From NCBI GenBank assembly GCA_965197425.1, contig CBDANC010000014.1, forward strand, positions 128,001-192,000: 64,000 bases of DNA, given 5' to 3'. Position numbers and translations under genes: made by a program. Each line of letters opens with the position of its first letter. The stretch's first letter is position 1. The notes beneath the pieces are model-generated. The model saw nothing but the letters and a program-made list of their open reading frames with translations. It made no database searches and was not told the origin of the DNA. This DNA comes from Bdellovibrionales bacterium. GTDB taxonomy: Bacteria > Bdellovibrionota > Bdellovibrionia > Bdellovibrionales > JAUICD01. Shown one piece after another: positions 10,383 through 21,409 of this stretch.

Positions 10383-13220
10383 CTACAATGCTCTGCTCAG
10401 GGATTCAATCTTAGCTTTAATGACTCCTACATCACTTCTATTTGGAGCAAGCTTTATATATCTATCATAGGCAGTGATAGCTTGATCTACTCTACCTCTG
10501 GTTTCATATATCACACCTTGCTCTTTGTAAATATCAGGATTTCCATTTTCTAGTTGTTGAGCTTTTATTATCATTTTTTCAGCTATATCCAAGTTATCAT
10601 CCAATCTATATGCTCTAGCAAGTAAGATATAAACCCCAACTCCCCCTGGTCTAATTGCTATTGCCTTTTTAAATTCTTCTTGAGCTGAAGTATAATTCTT
10701 TGCCTTCATATAAACTTCACCAGCTAATAAATATGGGTTGGTTAAGTTTGGATTTATACTCATTTCATTTTTTGCGAATTCTAAAGCGTTGTTTGTATTG
10801 CCAAGCTCCAAATAAGACTTACCAATATAAAAATTTGCAAGAGGGTATCTGTCATTAACACTTATAACTCTCTTAAATTGACTGATTGCCTCCTGATACT
10901 TTTTAGTCTTGTAATATAAGACTCCAGTATTAAATAAAGGATCAGCATCAGTAGGATCAATGTTAGCTGCCTTAAGATATGATTTTAATGCATCATTAAA
11001 TTGGTTTATATTTTCTTGCAATTTACCAATCAACAAATAAGCTTCTTTGTTTCTAGAATCAAAACTAATAATCTGATTTAAAATTCCTCTAGCTTCAATA
11101 AAATTTTGGTTTGCCATATACACTTCTGCCAATGCAATTCTATATCTCATATTAGCCGGATAAGTATTTATAAGATTTTGTATGTACTCAACTCCCACTG
11201 ATTGACTTTGAAATTTACTAAGGGTTTTAGAGTAGAGAATTTGAGCATCAATATTTTCACCATCTAACTCTATAGACTTTGCAGTTATTTGATATGCCTC
11301 TTGATATCTAGACATACCATACAGGGCTTTGCTCAAAATGATATGAGCTTCAACATCAGAGTCATATATTTTAATTGCCTGTCTAGATAAACTCTCGGAG
11401 GCTTTGAAATCTTGACTTCTTAAAGCAACTAGAGCTTGAGTTCTATAAACTTCATTTTTTCTTACATTTAAACCAAGAGCTTTTTGTAACACACCAGTTG
11501 CCTCATCAAAATAATATCTTTGAGACAAATAATCTGCCAAAGTAATATATGCTTCCAACATATTTGGATTCGCTACTACAGCCTTTTTAACCCAATCCAA
11601 TGATTCCTTTGTTTGGTTTAATTTCCAAAGAGCTTCTCCTGCTTTAAGCGCTGCTGTGGCATTCTTTGTCTTTTCATAGATTGATTTAAATTCTGATTGT
11701 GAATCTAAAAAATCACCCTTTCTATATAACTCATTTGCCTTTGCCATTGCAAAAGCAGTGTCATCTGAGCTCACATCACTGCCTAGACTAGACAATAATG
11801 ATTTAACTTTCTCGTTTGTAGGATCAATGTTAAAACTCTCCTTTGCATACTTTAACGCAAGATCTCTTCTGTTGTTCTGTACATAAAAATAAGAAAGCTT
11901 ATAGAGTGCTAAAGCATCTATGTAAGGAGGAAGAAGACTTTTTTGTCTACTTTCTAAAATTTGATTTACATCACCACTTGGATCTAAAATGCCACTCAAG
12001 GCCAGTGCTTCAGAATGATTGGGATAGATTTCCAATACCGATTTTAATATTGCTCTAGCTTCATTGTTATTACCTCTTAGTAAATGATAAAAAGAGGCCT
12101 TTATGTGTGGATGTACCCAGTTTTGCCAAATTGATCTAGCTTTATCTATATAAGAAATTGCTGTCATATAATTGTTGTTTTGTGCATATATCTCTGACTT
12201 AAATTCATAAAATACTGCTTCTCCTGGGCTGTCCAACAACACCTTATTAACTATTCTCTCTGCTCTTTTGAAATTCCCCTGTAAAAAATTTTCTACTACT
12301 CTACATATATCATTGTTTTTACCAATCGCCTCTATTTTGGAAATTCTCCTTACAACTACACTTACGGTTTCCAACGCTTGATTATCTTTTTTGGAATAGG
12401 GCCAAAGCTCTCTATGAACAAGACAGAGCAAAGCTAATACATTTGCATCATTGGAAGCAAGCTCTGCCAAATACACCAGCTCTTCTTGACCTTTTAAATA
12501 ATTTAAATATGTCCCAGCTTGAAATAACTGTAGTGCTCTCTTATACCTGTTCTGAACTTCGCTCTGTGGCATATCATAACTAAAGCCATTGGGTGACTGT
12601 AATACTACTTTATCCTGCAACTCTTGGTCTTTTTCTTCACTCAACAAAAACGCTATTACAATGATAATAATGGCAATGAAAGCTATTGGCTTTTTCTTCT
12701 TTTTTTTGAGATCTATAGTTTTAGATCGCTTTGTTACTTTTGCCAAATTCGACTTTTTCTTGGCTATACTGGCATAATCTTTAAATGAATGGCTGTGTTT
12801 AACAGGCGGAATATAATAATCAGGTACATTAGCCACATCCTCAGATACAACTTGAGCTTCGTTATTGTTTTTTTCAGGCGCTTTTATTTGATCTTCTTTA
12901 TTGTTGTCTTCACTCAAATGATCTGTCTTGTTTGAATCTTCTATTGGCTGCTTCACTTGATCTATATTTTTGTCATCAGATGTGTTGTCCGCTTTTTTAC
13001 TGGCTTGCTCTGGCTCTTTGGACTTTAAACCTGCCAGTGCATTCAAAATTTCATCTGCTAATAGAAGGTTACTAGAAACTTTGACCCAATTGGCCTCATC
13101 AACATTACGGATCAGTTCGTCACCTAAAACCAAACCCTCCCCTATCATCTTCTTGATTTCTTCTAGGGAATATGGGCCCTTTGTGTTGCCCTTAAGATCT
13201 TTTAAAAACCATTTTTTCAA
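10383..13220 (-). CDS. GYF_2-domain, single-TM, TPR-repeat protein
   Basis: N-terminal WFL...GPYSLEEIKKMI; one TM; many TPR-like repeats. Confidence 0.8.
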   Translation of the reverse strand: MKKWFLKDLKGNTKGPYSLEEIKKMIGEGLVLGDELIRNVDEANWVKVSSNLLLADEILNALAGLKSKEPEQASKKADNTSDDKNIDQVKQPIEDSNKTDHLSEDNNKEDQIKAPEKNNNEAQVVSEDVANVPDYYIPPVKHSHSFKDYASIAKKKSNLAKVTKRSKTIDLKKKKKKPIAFIAIIIIVIAFLLSEEKDQELQDKVVLQSPNGFSYDMPQSEVQNRYKRALQLFQAGTYLNYLKGQEELVYLAELASNDANVLALLCLVHRELWPYSKKDNQALETVSVVVRRISKIEAIGKNNDICRVVENFLQGNFKRAERIVNKVLLDSPGEAVFYEFKSEIYAQNNNYMTAISYIDKARSIWQNWVHPHIKASFYHLLRGNNNEARAILKSVLEIYPNHSEALALSGILDPSGDVNQILESRQKSLLPPYIDALALYKLSYFYVQNNRRDLALKYAKESFNIDPTNEKVKSLLSSLGSDVSSDDTAFAMAKANELYRKGDFLDSQSEFKSIYEKTKNATAALKAGEALWKLNQTKESLDWVKKAVVANPNMLEAYITLADYLSQRYYFDEATGVLQKALGLNVRKNEVYRTQALVALRSQDFKASESLSRQAIKIYDSDVEAHIILSKALYGMSRYQEAYQITAKSIELDGENIDAQILYSKTLSKFQSQSVGVEYIQNLINTYPANMRYRIALAEVYMANQNFIEARGILNQIISFDSRNKEAYLLIGKLQENINQFNDALKSYLKAANIDPTDADPLFNTGVLYYKTKKYQEAISQFKRVISVNDRYPLANFYIGKSYLELGNTNNALEFAKNEMSINPNLTNPYLLAGEVYMKAKNYTSAQEEFKKAIAIRPGGVGVYILLARAYRLDDNLDIAEKMIIKAQQLENGNPDIYKEQGVIYETRGRVDQAITAYDRYIKLAPNRSDVGVIKAKIESLSRAL

Positions 13221-13376
13221 AAGAAAACTCCAATAATCCTTAGATTATATCAGGCAAACAGGTAGTATGGCAAACAGCCAAAGGATGTCCTTCTTGAGAC
13301 ATCGTTTACACTTTTTATTTTTATAACCTCTTAAATTTTTTAGAAGAGGTTATGTTATGCCGTGGAAGGAGCGCAG

Positions 13377-15362
13377 TTAATTACACTCATAATTAACTCT
13401 AACCCTATCTCCGCTTTCTAGATCTACTTTTACCGTAATTTGATTGCCATTAATTTCAAAGTCTGAACCTTTACTAAGCACTGTCACTGTACCGTTTCTT
13501 TCTAAAGATACTTGCAGGGTGTTGTTTTCAACAGGTGTGGATGAAAGCGTTACTGTTTGAGATACACGAGTACCAATAAATGAAAGTATGCTTGAATAAG
13601 ATGATGCATTTATATCACCTTCGAGCCCGCCGGTGTCATTAATGGCAGAAGGAACAGCATGACTAGATGTACATGCACTTGAATTCAAAATACCATGTAC
13701 TGTGATCCCCTTGTTGGGCCACACCCCATTAAATCTACTAAAGAATGAAGTTTTGTCAGCACTATTATGGTCATTACATTCATCCGAAACTATAACCAAG
13801 GCAAGATCTGTGTCAGATCTAAAAGACCCGTTATTATCTATTGCTTGTTCAGCGGTTTTAAAAGGCTTTTCCGTCCCACTACCTTTTGTTCCTAATATCA
13901 CTGCGGATTCGAACAGAGCGTTTGCGTTTGATGTTGTAGAGGTTAAAACGTTGCTCCCGTTATTGAAACTTACAAAATTCCCACCATCCGCAACATCTGT
14001 CGATATAATGGCAATACGCCAGTTGAGATTAGTTCCTAATCCACTAACAAAACCACTAAATCCAGTCGCCATTTTGCTCTGCTCTTCCTTCATAGAACCA
14101 GAATTATCAATTACAAATAAGATGTCAGCTTTATTCTGAGTAGCTGTCATGTTAAATGACTCAGAATTTGTAGGGTTTTCGTCACAACTGTTTGCATCAG
14201 CACAAGTTTGGCAACTGGAACCAGAAACTATTTTACTTGCACAAGTTTGCCCCGCTCTCGCTTTAAAACAACTTAAGTTGCAACCAGGATTTGTAGGTTG
14301 AGGACAGTTTAAGCCAGTTGTGTTTGCATGGTGTCCAGGATAATCACTGCATTGTTCTGCTCTTGGAGATCCGCAAGTGTTATCACAAATTTGACATTGA
14401 CCAGCACTACAAACGGTACCTGATCTGTAACATTGAAAACCACATTTAGTCCCATCTGGAACAGGGCAAGCAAGCCCGCTAGAATCTGGACAATTTAATT
14501 CACTACGAGTTTTATTTCTAGGAGGTTCGCTACAGCTGTTGGAGTCAGTACATATTTTACATTGATCACCAGCAATTTTTTCTCCACAAGTTTGCCCGAC
14601 TTGAAAACAACTTAAGTTGCAACCAGGGCTTGCAGATTGAGGGCAGGTTAAGCCAGTTGTGTTTGCATGGTGTCCATGGTAATCGCTGCATTGTTTTGCT
14701 CTTGGAGATCCGCAGGTGTTATCACAAACCTGACATTGGCCAGCAGCAGAACATCTATCCACTAGAGGTTCACCGCATTGTCCATCTGGACAAGTGGTGC
14801 ATTCATTAGAGCTATCACAAGTGGGAGTTTTCCCGTCACATTGACCGTCAACACATGTGTTGCAAGGACCAGAACATTTTTCATCTTCATTAGCTTGCGT
14901 ACATTCAGGACACCTTTCGATGTTTTGTTCGAAAGTAACTATACTACCTGCCGAATCCCCTATCTGTATTGTAAAATCATATTTGTTCTCTAATAGATCA
15001 CTAAAGGTTACTGTATCCTCATTTACAGTTATGGTTACATCATTTGGGATAGCTGTTACCGACAATATTCTTAAAGCATAATCATCTGTAGTCATGGTTG
15101 TGCTGTCCGAGGCAAGGCTATCACACACAAAATCAGGGACACTTTGCTCACATATAAATTTATATGCTGATCCAAAAAATTGATCATTAACTCTAAATGA
15201 TGCAGCGTTATCTGCACCTATGCAGCTACTGGTTATTCTTGCATTTATGGTGTCTTCTAATGATGCAAGGGAGCTGAAGGATATCTTTGCACAATTTTGA
15301 TAGGCCAATAAACTGCCAGCCAAAATCACAATACACCCAGCAATAAATAAACCAGATTTCAT
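13377..15362 (-). CDS. Cys-rich vWA-domain lipoprotein
   Basis: LLAYQNC signal; Cys-rich repeats; MIDAS DILFVIDNSGSM. Confidence 0.8.
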   Translation of the reverse strand: MKSGLFIAGCIVILAGSLLAYQNCAKISFSSLASLEDTINARITSSCIGADNAASFRVNDQFFGSAYKFICEQSVPDFVCDSLASDSTTMTTDDYALRILSVTAIPNDVTITVNEDTVTFSDLLENKYDFTIQIGDSAGSIVTFEQNIERCPECTQANEDEKCSGPCNTCVDGQCDGKTPTCDSSNECTTCPDGQCGEPLVDRCSAAGQCQVCDNTCGSPRAKQCSDYHGHHANTTGLTCPQSASPGCNLSCFQVGQTCGEKIAGDQCKICTDSNSCSEPPRNKTRSELNCPDSSGLACPVPDGTKCGFQCYRSGTVCSAGQCQICDNTCGSPRAEQCSDYPGHHANTTGLNCPQPTNPGCNLSCFKARAGQTCASKIVSGSSCQTCADANSCDENPTNSESFNMTATQNKADILFVIDNSGSMKEEQSKMATGFSGFVSGLGTNLNWRIAIISTDVADGGNFVSFNNGSNVLTSTTSNANALFESAVILGTKGSGTEKPFKTAEQAIDNNGSFRSDTDLALVIVSDECNDHNSADKTSFFSRFNGVWPNKGITVHGILNSSACTSSHAVPSAINDTGGLEGDINASSYSSILSFIGTRVSQTVTLSSTPVENNTLQVSLERNGTVTVLSKGSDFEINGNQITVKVDLESGDRVRVNYECN

Positions 15363-15494
15363 TTAATGTCCTCAGAGAGTATTATAGACTAAATCCACCT
15401 AAATTTTGCATATTTTTTTGCGTAACGAACAAAACATCACCATACCTTAGTATAGAAAACAAATACATGCTTCTCAGGTACCCGATGCTAGCTA

Positions 15495-15529
15495 CCTGAC
15501 TGCCTGACTGCCTGACTGCCTGACTGCCT
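15495..15529. repeat. simple tandem repeat (CCTGACTG)x4 plus CCT
   Basis: Read directly. Confidence 0.95.
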
Positions 15530-15541
15530 ACTCGATTTCTT

Positions 15542-17674
15542 TTATTTTAATATCACATTTATAAAATCAGGATCTGCCACGAAGCTTTTAATCGTACTGT
15601 TGTTATAGTCATCCAAATACTTGATGGAGTGCACTCCAGGGTTTGCATTGAATATGACAAACCCTCTTACCCTATCACTCTCGGCCTCTACAGGATTAAA
15701 TTCTTCATCAAAAAATACTGGAACACTCTTATCATTCATCAAATCTTTACTTATTTCTATATCTACATCATGGATATAACTTACTACTATTGATAAACTA
15801 GGGTAGTCAGTAATTCTGTAATAAGAAGCTAACTCCCACAGCCACTCTTTTGAAGGAACTCTAACATTGAGATCCCTATCATCTGAGTTGGTTGTAACCC
15901 TGATAGGCAAGTATCCAATGCTATGGGGCTTGATTTCTATATGAAGGGGTTCATTAGATCTAGCAAATCTAATATCTACATATCCAGAATCAGTACTCCA
16001 TACTTCATCACTACCTATGTAAGACAAATCAGAATCTAGAATATTTCCAGTTTCCCCATCAAATGTAGCAATCCATTTAGTAAGCATACTACCATCAGAA
16101 ATATTTAAACTAGTTATGTGACCTGAAACAACATCAAATACCTTCACATTTGTAGCAACTTCACCAATCCTAGCCCTTAAAAGATGTATCCCCTCAGGCA
16201 CATCATAATACGCAAAGCAGCCTGTATCTAAAGAACCAGTATTAGAATATACAAATTTCCCTTCACCGTTTAAATACAAAGGGCCTTTAGCATCACGATC
16301 TGCAAGCTCTACATGTGCACCTCTTTTGCTATTAGGAAAACATCCCCAAATAATACCACCTGCTCTAATATCAAAATTCAAAGCAGCCTCGTCTAAACTC
16401 TCCAATACGGAGGTACCGGGAACTATCATGCTATCAGTATTGTTACTAGACCAAAAAAATGTCTTCCAGTTTTCTATATTCAACAAAGATAAGAAACTAG
16501 AACCACCAGAAAGTTTTGGGATAGAATAAACACCATTTATATCTACTCTAATCTCTTCATCAAAACCCATAACACTTGCTTTGGTATTCAGTATATTGGT
16601 AGAACCATCAGCATCCATATAATAAATATTATTAGCAAAACCATTTTCCACAGGATCAATATAAATATCAAAATTTGGTGTAAGCTCACCCAACAAGTAC
16701 TCTGTATAACCAATAGATAAGTTGATATCATCTATCAACTCAGCCACCAATAAGCCATCAAAGCTATTATCTATGTCTATGGAATATGTTCCAGTATCAT
16801 TATCAATTACACCTTCGTTGATAATCTTACTACCCGACAACTGATAAACCCTAAGATCGTTAACTCCACCTAAAAAAGCCAACCCATCTTTTAGAGTAAT
16901 ATTCCCAGTCACTGTATTTGGTGTACTAGAATTTAAAATTTTTGCCCGAAGCTTTGATTGCGTACCCATTGATTTAGAGCTATCAACACTGTTCCTACCT
17001 TCCAATACCCTGTCTAACCCCCTATTAAATTCTACATTGGCCTGTCTTTCTTTAGAGCGACTAACTAGGCTAGAAAACAAAACATCTACATCTTCAGTCT
17101 TCTTATTAGCTACAGGGCTCTCACTTGGCAAACCAACCCACACTCTGTTGTTTATCCACCTTTGCTTACTTTGCCCCATGTTATCTGATACAGGCACAGT
17201 ATAATTTTGCCGTGCCAACCTCTGACGCCCACTCCAATACTTATTGGCAGTATTTTTTTGAAACTCCTTCCAATCACTCATAAACCCACTACTGACAGGA
17301 AGATTATATTTATCTTGATTTTTTGTGTTTAAAGTTAGTAGAGCGGTCTTTTTTAAATAATCTTTACCAGAGGTTAAGTGCTCTAGCATTTTATCAACAC
17401 TATCTTCAGATACATTAGCCGGTCTTACCTCTAAATCAGAATAAACATCATTAATAGCAGGAGTATGCTCATCAACTAAAAGTATTAAGGGAGGATAAGT
17501 CCTATCAATTTTTACAACTGAACCACTTTTAAAAAATTTAAAGTTATCTCTACTATCTATATTTAAATCATTTCCTGCAGAAAGAAAAAAACACAAAAAG
17601 GCTATAACAAAAAAACTATAATGTAATAGATTATACTGTGGTAGGTTTTTATAATTTAAATAAGGTCTCGACAT
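15542..17674 (-). CDS. hypothetical membrane-anchored beta-rich protein
   Basis: 710 aa ORF with N-terminal TM; no motif recognised. Confidence 0.6.
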   Translation of the reverse strand: MSRPYLNYKNLPQYNLLHYSFFVIAFLCFFLSAGNDLNIDSRDNFKFFKSGSVVKIDRTYPPLILLVDEHTPAINDVYSDLEVRPANVSEDSVDKMLEHLTSGKDYLKKTALLTLNTKNQDKYNLPVSSGFMSDWKEFQKNTANKYWSGRQRLARQNYTVPVSDNMGQSKQRWINNRVWVGLPSESPVANKKTEDVDVLFSSLVSRSKERQANVEFNRGLDRVLEGRNSVDSSKSMGTQSKLRAKILNSSTPNTVTGNITLKDGLAFLGGVNDLRVYQLSGSKIINEGVIDNDTGTYSIDIDNSFDGLLVAELIDDINLSIGYTEYLLGELTPNFDIYIDPVENGFANNIYYMDADGSTNILNTKASVMGFDEEIRVDINGVYSIPKLSGGSSFLSLLNIENWKTFFWSSNNTDSMIVPGTSVLESLDEAALNFDIRAGGIIWGCFPNSKRGAHVELADRDAKGPLYLNGEGKFVYSNTGSLDTGCFAYYDVPEGIHLLRARIGEVATNVKVFDVVSGHITSLNISDGSMLTKWIATFDGETGNILDSDLSYIGSDEVWSTDSGYVDIRFARSNEPLHIEIKPHSIGYLPIRVTTNSDDRDLNVRVPSKEWLWELASYYRITDYPSLSIVVSYIHDVDIEISKDLMNDKSVPVFFDEEFNPVEAESDRVRGFVIFNANPGVHSIKYLDDYNNSTIKSFVADPDFINVILK

Positions 17675-17726
17675 AAAACTCGCACCTGCTTTTTTGAAAA
17701 TACAGGAGGCTTTGTAAAGAGACTAT

Positions 17727-18215
17727 CTAAAATGGATGGAAGTCGTCAACTAAGTTATTGTTTTTAGAAATCTTTGTAACATGATCTACAAGCCATAACA
17801 TCAAAGCGCGATCTAAACCTGGAATTTCAATAGTTTTCCAAACGCCCTGAGTTAAATCACTAGCACTAAATACCTTGGCTTTAGGTTTTCCTCCATGAAC
17901 CCTAACCTGAGTTGATGTCTTTACCAATAATTTATAAGGCCTATAACCACCCAGAACAGTTACATGTAATTTGGAACGATATACTTTTTCATCCCTTATG
18001 CGGCTATAGTAAATATCAGGTTTAAAGTACCCAGACTTAAGCTCTCTGCGATTAACACTCACTGCAACCACTCCACCAGGCATCTTTTGGGCAATTGCAG
18101 ACTGAATATGCTTAACTGAATAGTCAAGGTCACTGGATTTTTGTCCAGTTGCACAGCCAGTGATCAAGGCCAGTTTGAATAGTATGAATAGTCTCACTTT
18201 TTTCTTTTTTCCCAA
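17727..18215 (-). CDS. hypothetical lipoprotein
   Basis: Lipobox LITGC. Confidence 0.6.
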   Translation of the reverse strand: MGKKKKVRLFILFKLALITGCATGQKSSDLDYSVKHIQSAIAQKMPGGVVAVSVNRRELKSGYFKPDIYYSRIRDEKVYRSKLHVTVLGGYRPYKLLVKTSTQVRVHGGKPKAKVFSASDLTQGVWKTIEIPGLDRALMLWLVDHVTKISKNNNLVDDFHPF

Positions 18216-18838
18216 TCTCTATTAAACTTCCCTATACCAATATCTGTCAAAGGATGCTTGCTTAACTGCTTTATCACCTTAAAAGGTATTGTGATAACAT
18301 CTGCACCTATCATCAAAGACTCCAAGACATGAACTGGACTTCTAACGCTAGCAACTAAAATTTTAGTATTAATAGCATAATTATCAAATATAGTTTTAAT
18401 GTCAGATACTAAGTTCATTCCAACTTCAGAAACATCATCAAGCCTTCCAACAAAAGGAGAAACATAACTAGCGCCAGCCTTAGCACATAAAACCGCCTGG
18501 ACTGCACTAAATACCAGGGTTACATTGGTATCAATTCCCTCAAGGCTTAATCCCTTCACTGCCTTTAAACCATCTAGAGTCATGGGAACTTTGACAACCA
18601 CATTGGGAGCAATTTTAGCAAGCTCCTTGCCTTGTTCGATCATTTGGTCCGCATTGTCACAAGTTACCTCAGCGTTTACAGGACCTGACACTACTGAGGC
18701 TATTTCTGATACAACCTCCGCAAAATCTCTACCAGACTTAGCAACCAAAGTAGGATTAGTTGTTACACCATCCACTAAACCAAACTCTAGAGCCTGCTTA
18801 ATCTCATCTATGTCTGCAGAATCAATAAAAAACTTCAT
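18194..18838 (-). CDS. tal: transaldolase / fructose-6-phosphate aldolase family
   Basis: [31 protein letters not shown]; upstream MRKTLN is repeat-derived. Confidence 0.92.
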   Translation of the reverse strand: MKFFIDSADIDEIKQALEFGLVDGVTTNPTLVAKSGRDFAEVVSEIASVVSGPVNAEVTCDNADQMIEQGKELAKIAPNVVVKVPMTLDGLKAVKGLSLEGIDTNVTLVFSAVQAVLCAKAGASYVSPFVGRLDDVSEVGMNLVSDIKTIFDNYAINTKILVASVRSPVHVLESLMIGADVITIPFKVIKQLSKHPLTDIGIGKFNRDWEKRKK

Positions 18839-18841
18839 ATT

Positions 18842-18914
18842 CAAGGTTTTCCTCATTGTTGCCCAGCTCTACACATGTCATCAAACTCATCCCCAAAGGT
18901 CTTCTCAACACTGA
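18842..18914. repeat. dispersed repeat, locus C (near-empty module plus truncated module)
   Basis: AAGGTTTTCC-tcattgttg-CCCAGCTCTACACATGTCATCAAACTCAT; mini-ORF 18890..18822 (-). Confidence 0.85.
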
Positions 18915-18957
18915 CCCCTCCAACAAGGTCTAGTCTAGCACAATGCCAATCTATAAC

Positions 18958-20397
18958 CTAGTTAGAAAACACCAGATCTGGATACACTTTCTTAAGCCTT
19001 TTAAGCCCACCCTCAAAAGCATAAGCCTCTAAACCAGATTCCCTTAGAGCCTGAACCGCCATAGCAGATAAAAAACCTTCGTGACAGTATAAAACATATT
19101 TTTTATCAATACTAAAGTTGGTCATGTCGATATCATCAAGCTCAAGATGTCTCGCAGATTTGATATGACACTTGTTAAAATCGGAAAGAGACTGACAGTC
19201 TATTATATCAAAAGTCTGGTCTAGCTTATCTAAATACATATTTTGGGGTTTTAAATTTATCGAACTTAAAAAATCTTCTTTTTTGTTTTTTATGCATTCA
19301 TCTATCAAACCAAAATCAAACTTTTTCTCTTCTTTTAAAACTGAGTCTAGATCAGGTCTGGAACTAACTTTTCCCTTCACAAGGTCACAATGCTCAGAAA
19401 CCTTCTCACATAACTTTCCAACTCCTAGTTCATAAGACTGATTTACAATATCGATCTTATTCATGCTTACCAATGGCCTTATCACCATTAGATCAGAAAC
19501 ATTTTCAATAACCTTCAAACTTTCAAGAGTTTGTGAGCTGACTTGACCTATAGACTCACCAGTTGCCATTACTTGAATACCCAAGTTAAAACCTACTATA
19601 TTTGCAATTTTGTACATTACTCTCTTTAGCACTATTTGCCTATACCTAGGGCCTACAGACTTAATTAATGCACGAGTAATTGGGTTGAAATTTATTGTAA
19701 TAAATCTGGGGCTATTGGGTTGAAATCTATCCGTTAGTTTTTTGATAATTTGCATCACCTGGAGCCTATAAGATTCATAACCAAAATTAAAAAACAAAAA
19801 ATCACAGTTAATACCCCTTTTCATCAATAAAAAAGCAGCTACTGTAGAATCAAATCCACCAGAATATAAAACCAAAGCTCTGCCCTGAGAAGCCATAGGC
19901 ATTCCTCCAAGACCCTTAACTCTACCAAGTCCAAAATGATAAGTGTTGTTTATGTACTCTACCCTTACCTCTATCTCTGGATTTGTTAAGTCAACTGCTC
20001 TTGCAAAAGGTAAAAGCTTTGAACCTATTGTACAGGCCAGTTCATTTGAACTATACTGACACCCACCAGAAGATTTCTTTACTTTAACCATAAAACTTTT
20101 TTTAGAAATCAAATCCTTAAAAAGCATAAGTGCAGTATTAGATATTTCCTTCATATCTCCCTTAGTTTCCCCCAAAACTTCAAAAATAGAACTTATCCCA
20201 GAAATATCATACAAAAAATCAAACTTAGAATCTGCAAGGATCATAATATGATTAAACCTTTTGTTGAGTTCTAACTTAATGTTCGAAGCTTTAGCTCTTT
20301 TGGAAATGTCAGACATCAAAATATTTATAAGCCTGTTTTTTTCCAAGCTCCCTTTTAAGGTAACCTCTGACGCATATCTAACGATAACTTTTTTCAT
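18958..20397 (-). CDS. thiI: tRNA 4-thiouridine synthase with THUMP and C-terminal rhodanese domains
   Basis: SGGFDS PP-loop, TGESIGQVSSQT, YCHEG; start MKKVIVRY. Confidence 0.9.
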   Translation of the reverse strand: MKKVIVRYASEVTLKGSLEKNRLINILMSDISKRAKASNIKLELNKRFNHIMILADSKFDFLYDISGISSIFEVLGETKGDMKEISNTALMLFKDLISKKSFMVKVKKSSGGCQYSSNELACTIGSKLLPFARAVDLTNPEIEVRVEYINNTYHFGLGRVKGLGGMPMASQGRALVLYSGGFDSTVAAFLLMKRGINCDFLFFNFGYESYRLQVMQIIKKLTDRFQPNSPRFITINFNPITRALIKSVGPRYRQIVLKRVMYKIANIVGFNLGIQVMATGESIGQVSSQTLESLKVIENVSDLMVIRPLVSMNKIDIVNQSYELGVGKLCEKVSEHCDLVKGKVSSRPDLDSVLKEEKKFDFGLIDECIKNKKEDFLSSINLKPQNMYLDKLDQTFDIIDCQSLSDFNKCHIKSARHLELDDIDMTNFSIDKKYVLYCHEGFLSAMAVQALRESGLEAYAFEGGLKRLKKVYPDLVFSN

Positions 20398-20538
20398 AAA
20401 GGTCTTCCTAATGAGGCAAAAAATGAGGAGGCTCTGCCTACTTTTTTTTGCCGAATGGTTGCCCAGCTCTCTACCACGATGCCGATACCCTCCCACAAGG
20501 TCTTCCCCAGCTCTACACGTGTCATCAAACTCATCCCC
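20398..20538. repeat. dispersed repeat, locus D (filled plus empty module)
   Basis: Two AAGGTCTTCC; mini-ORF 20540..20394 (-) bridges the DUF938 stop and the thiI start. Confidence 0.9.
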
Positions 20539-20541
20539 ATA

Positions 20542-21138
20542 TTACTGTTTTAAAAAATAAAGCGTACGGTTGTTAGCAGGCATTTCGTAATCTTTCTGTA
20601 AAGAGAAGTCAAAGTTTTGTATCTCATAAACAACTTTTTCAAAGTCTTTTATACTACTATGCTCATCCCTATTCCTAAGCCATAGATCAAAATTTCTGTT
20701 ACTTTCAGATGTAAATTGATTTGCGTAATTAAAAGGACCATAAATTATTATCTTTGCACCAGAACTTAACCTTTCCCCAAACTCCTTAAACAACAAACAT
20801 ACTTTTTCCCACGAAATCATATGCAAGACATTGGCACAAAAAACAGCTGTTACAGGGAGGTTAGGTAGAGGCGTTTCCCCTATGCTAAAAGTTCTAGGGC
20901 CTTGAAGGTTTTTTAACCCTGATTCAGACTTCCACATCTTAATCCCTTCGTGATTAGATTTAAAATCTGAGGTAACCCAAGTAATATCAGGCAGGTTCTG
21001 GGCAAAATACACAGCATGCTGTCCGGTACCAGATCCTATCTCAAACACAAAATCTTTTGTTTCCAAAATTTGTCTTAAAACTTCTAGTATAGGATCCTGG
21101 TTTCTCTTACACGCATCTGAGATAGGCTTCTTTTTCAT
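20542..21138 (-). CDS. DUF938 family SAM-dependent methyltransferase-like protein
   Basis: ACKRNQDPI, EIGSGTGQH, YGPF, MPANN. Confidence 0.88.
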   Translation of the reverse strand: MKKKPISDACKRNQDPILEVLRQILETKDFVFEIGSGTGQHAVYFAQNLPDITWVTSDFKSNHEGIKMWKSESGLKNLQGPRTFSIGETPLPNLPVTAVFCANVLHMISWEKVCLLFKEFGERLSSGAKIIIYGPFNYANQFTSESNRNFDLWLRNRDEHSSIKDFEKVVYEIQNFDFSLQKDYEMPANNRTLYFLKQ

Positions 21139-21370
21139 AAAGGTCTTCCCCAGCATTGATTGAGCCTAGCAAACAAACCGACTTGTTGGTTTTTTGCTAG
21201 GCGAATTACGTTTTGACACAGCCACTTAAAGTCTAAAACTAAACTAAGACTTTTTTCAATAAAGGTGAGGTTAGCGAACAGCAAATAAATCTGGCTTTGC
21301 CAGTTTTTTGCTGTGAGCACCTGTTTCACCAAGTGGTTGCCCAGATCTACACATGTCATCAAACTCATCC
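21139..21370. repeat. dispersed repeat, locus E (two hairpins)
   Basis: Conserved ends; mini-ORF 21368..21135 (-) ends GRPL* in ATGA overlap. Confidence 0.9.
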
Positions 21371-21409
21371 ACAAAAATGATAGAACCATAGTCAAACATA
21401 AAATGGCAA

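Noticed and set aside
13323..13352. TAACCTCTT/AAGAGGTTA hairpin as a terminator
   Set aside because: No U-tract on the transcribed (-) strand; function unsupported
20398..20496. N-terminal extensions of thiI (also tal, rpsH, rplV, fusA, rpsM) in the ORF track
   Set aside because: They come from repeat sequence (or rpmJ); family-typical starts lie downstream
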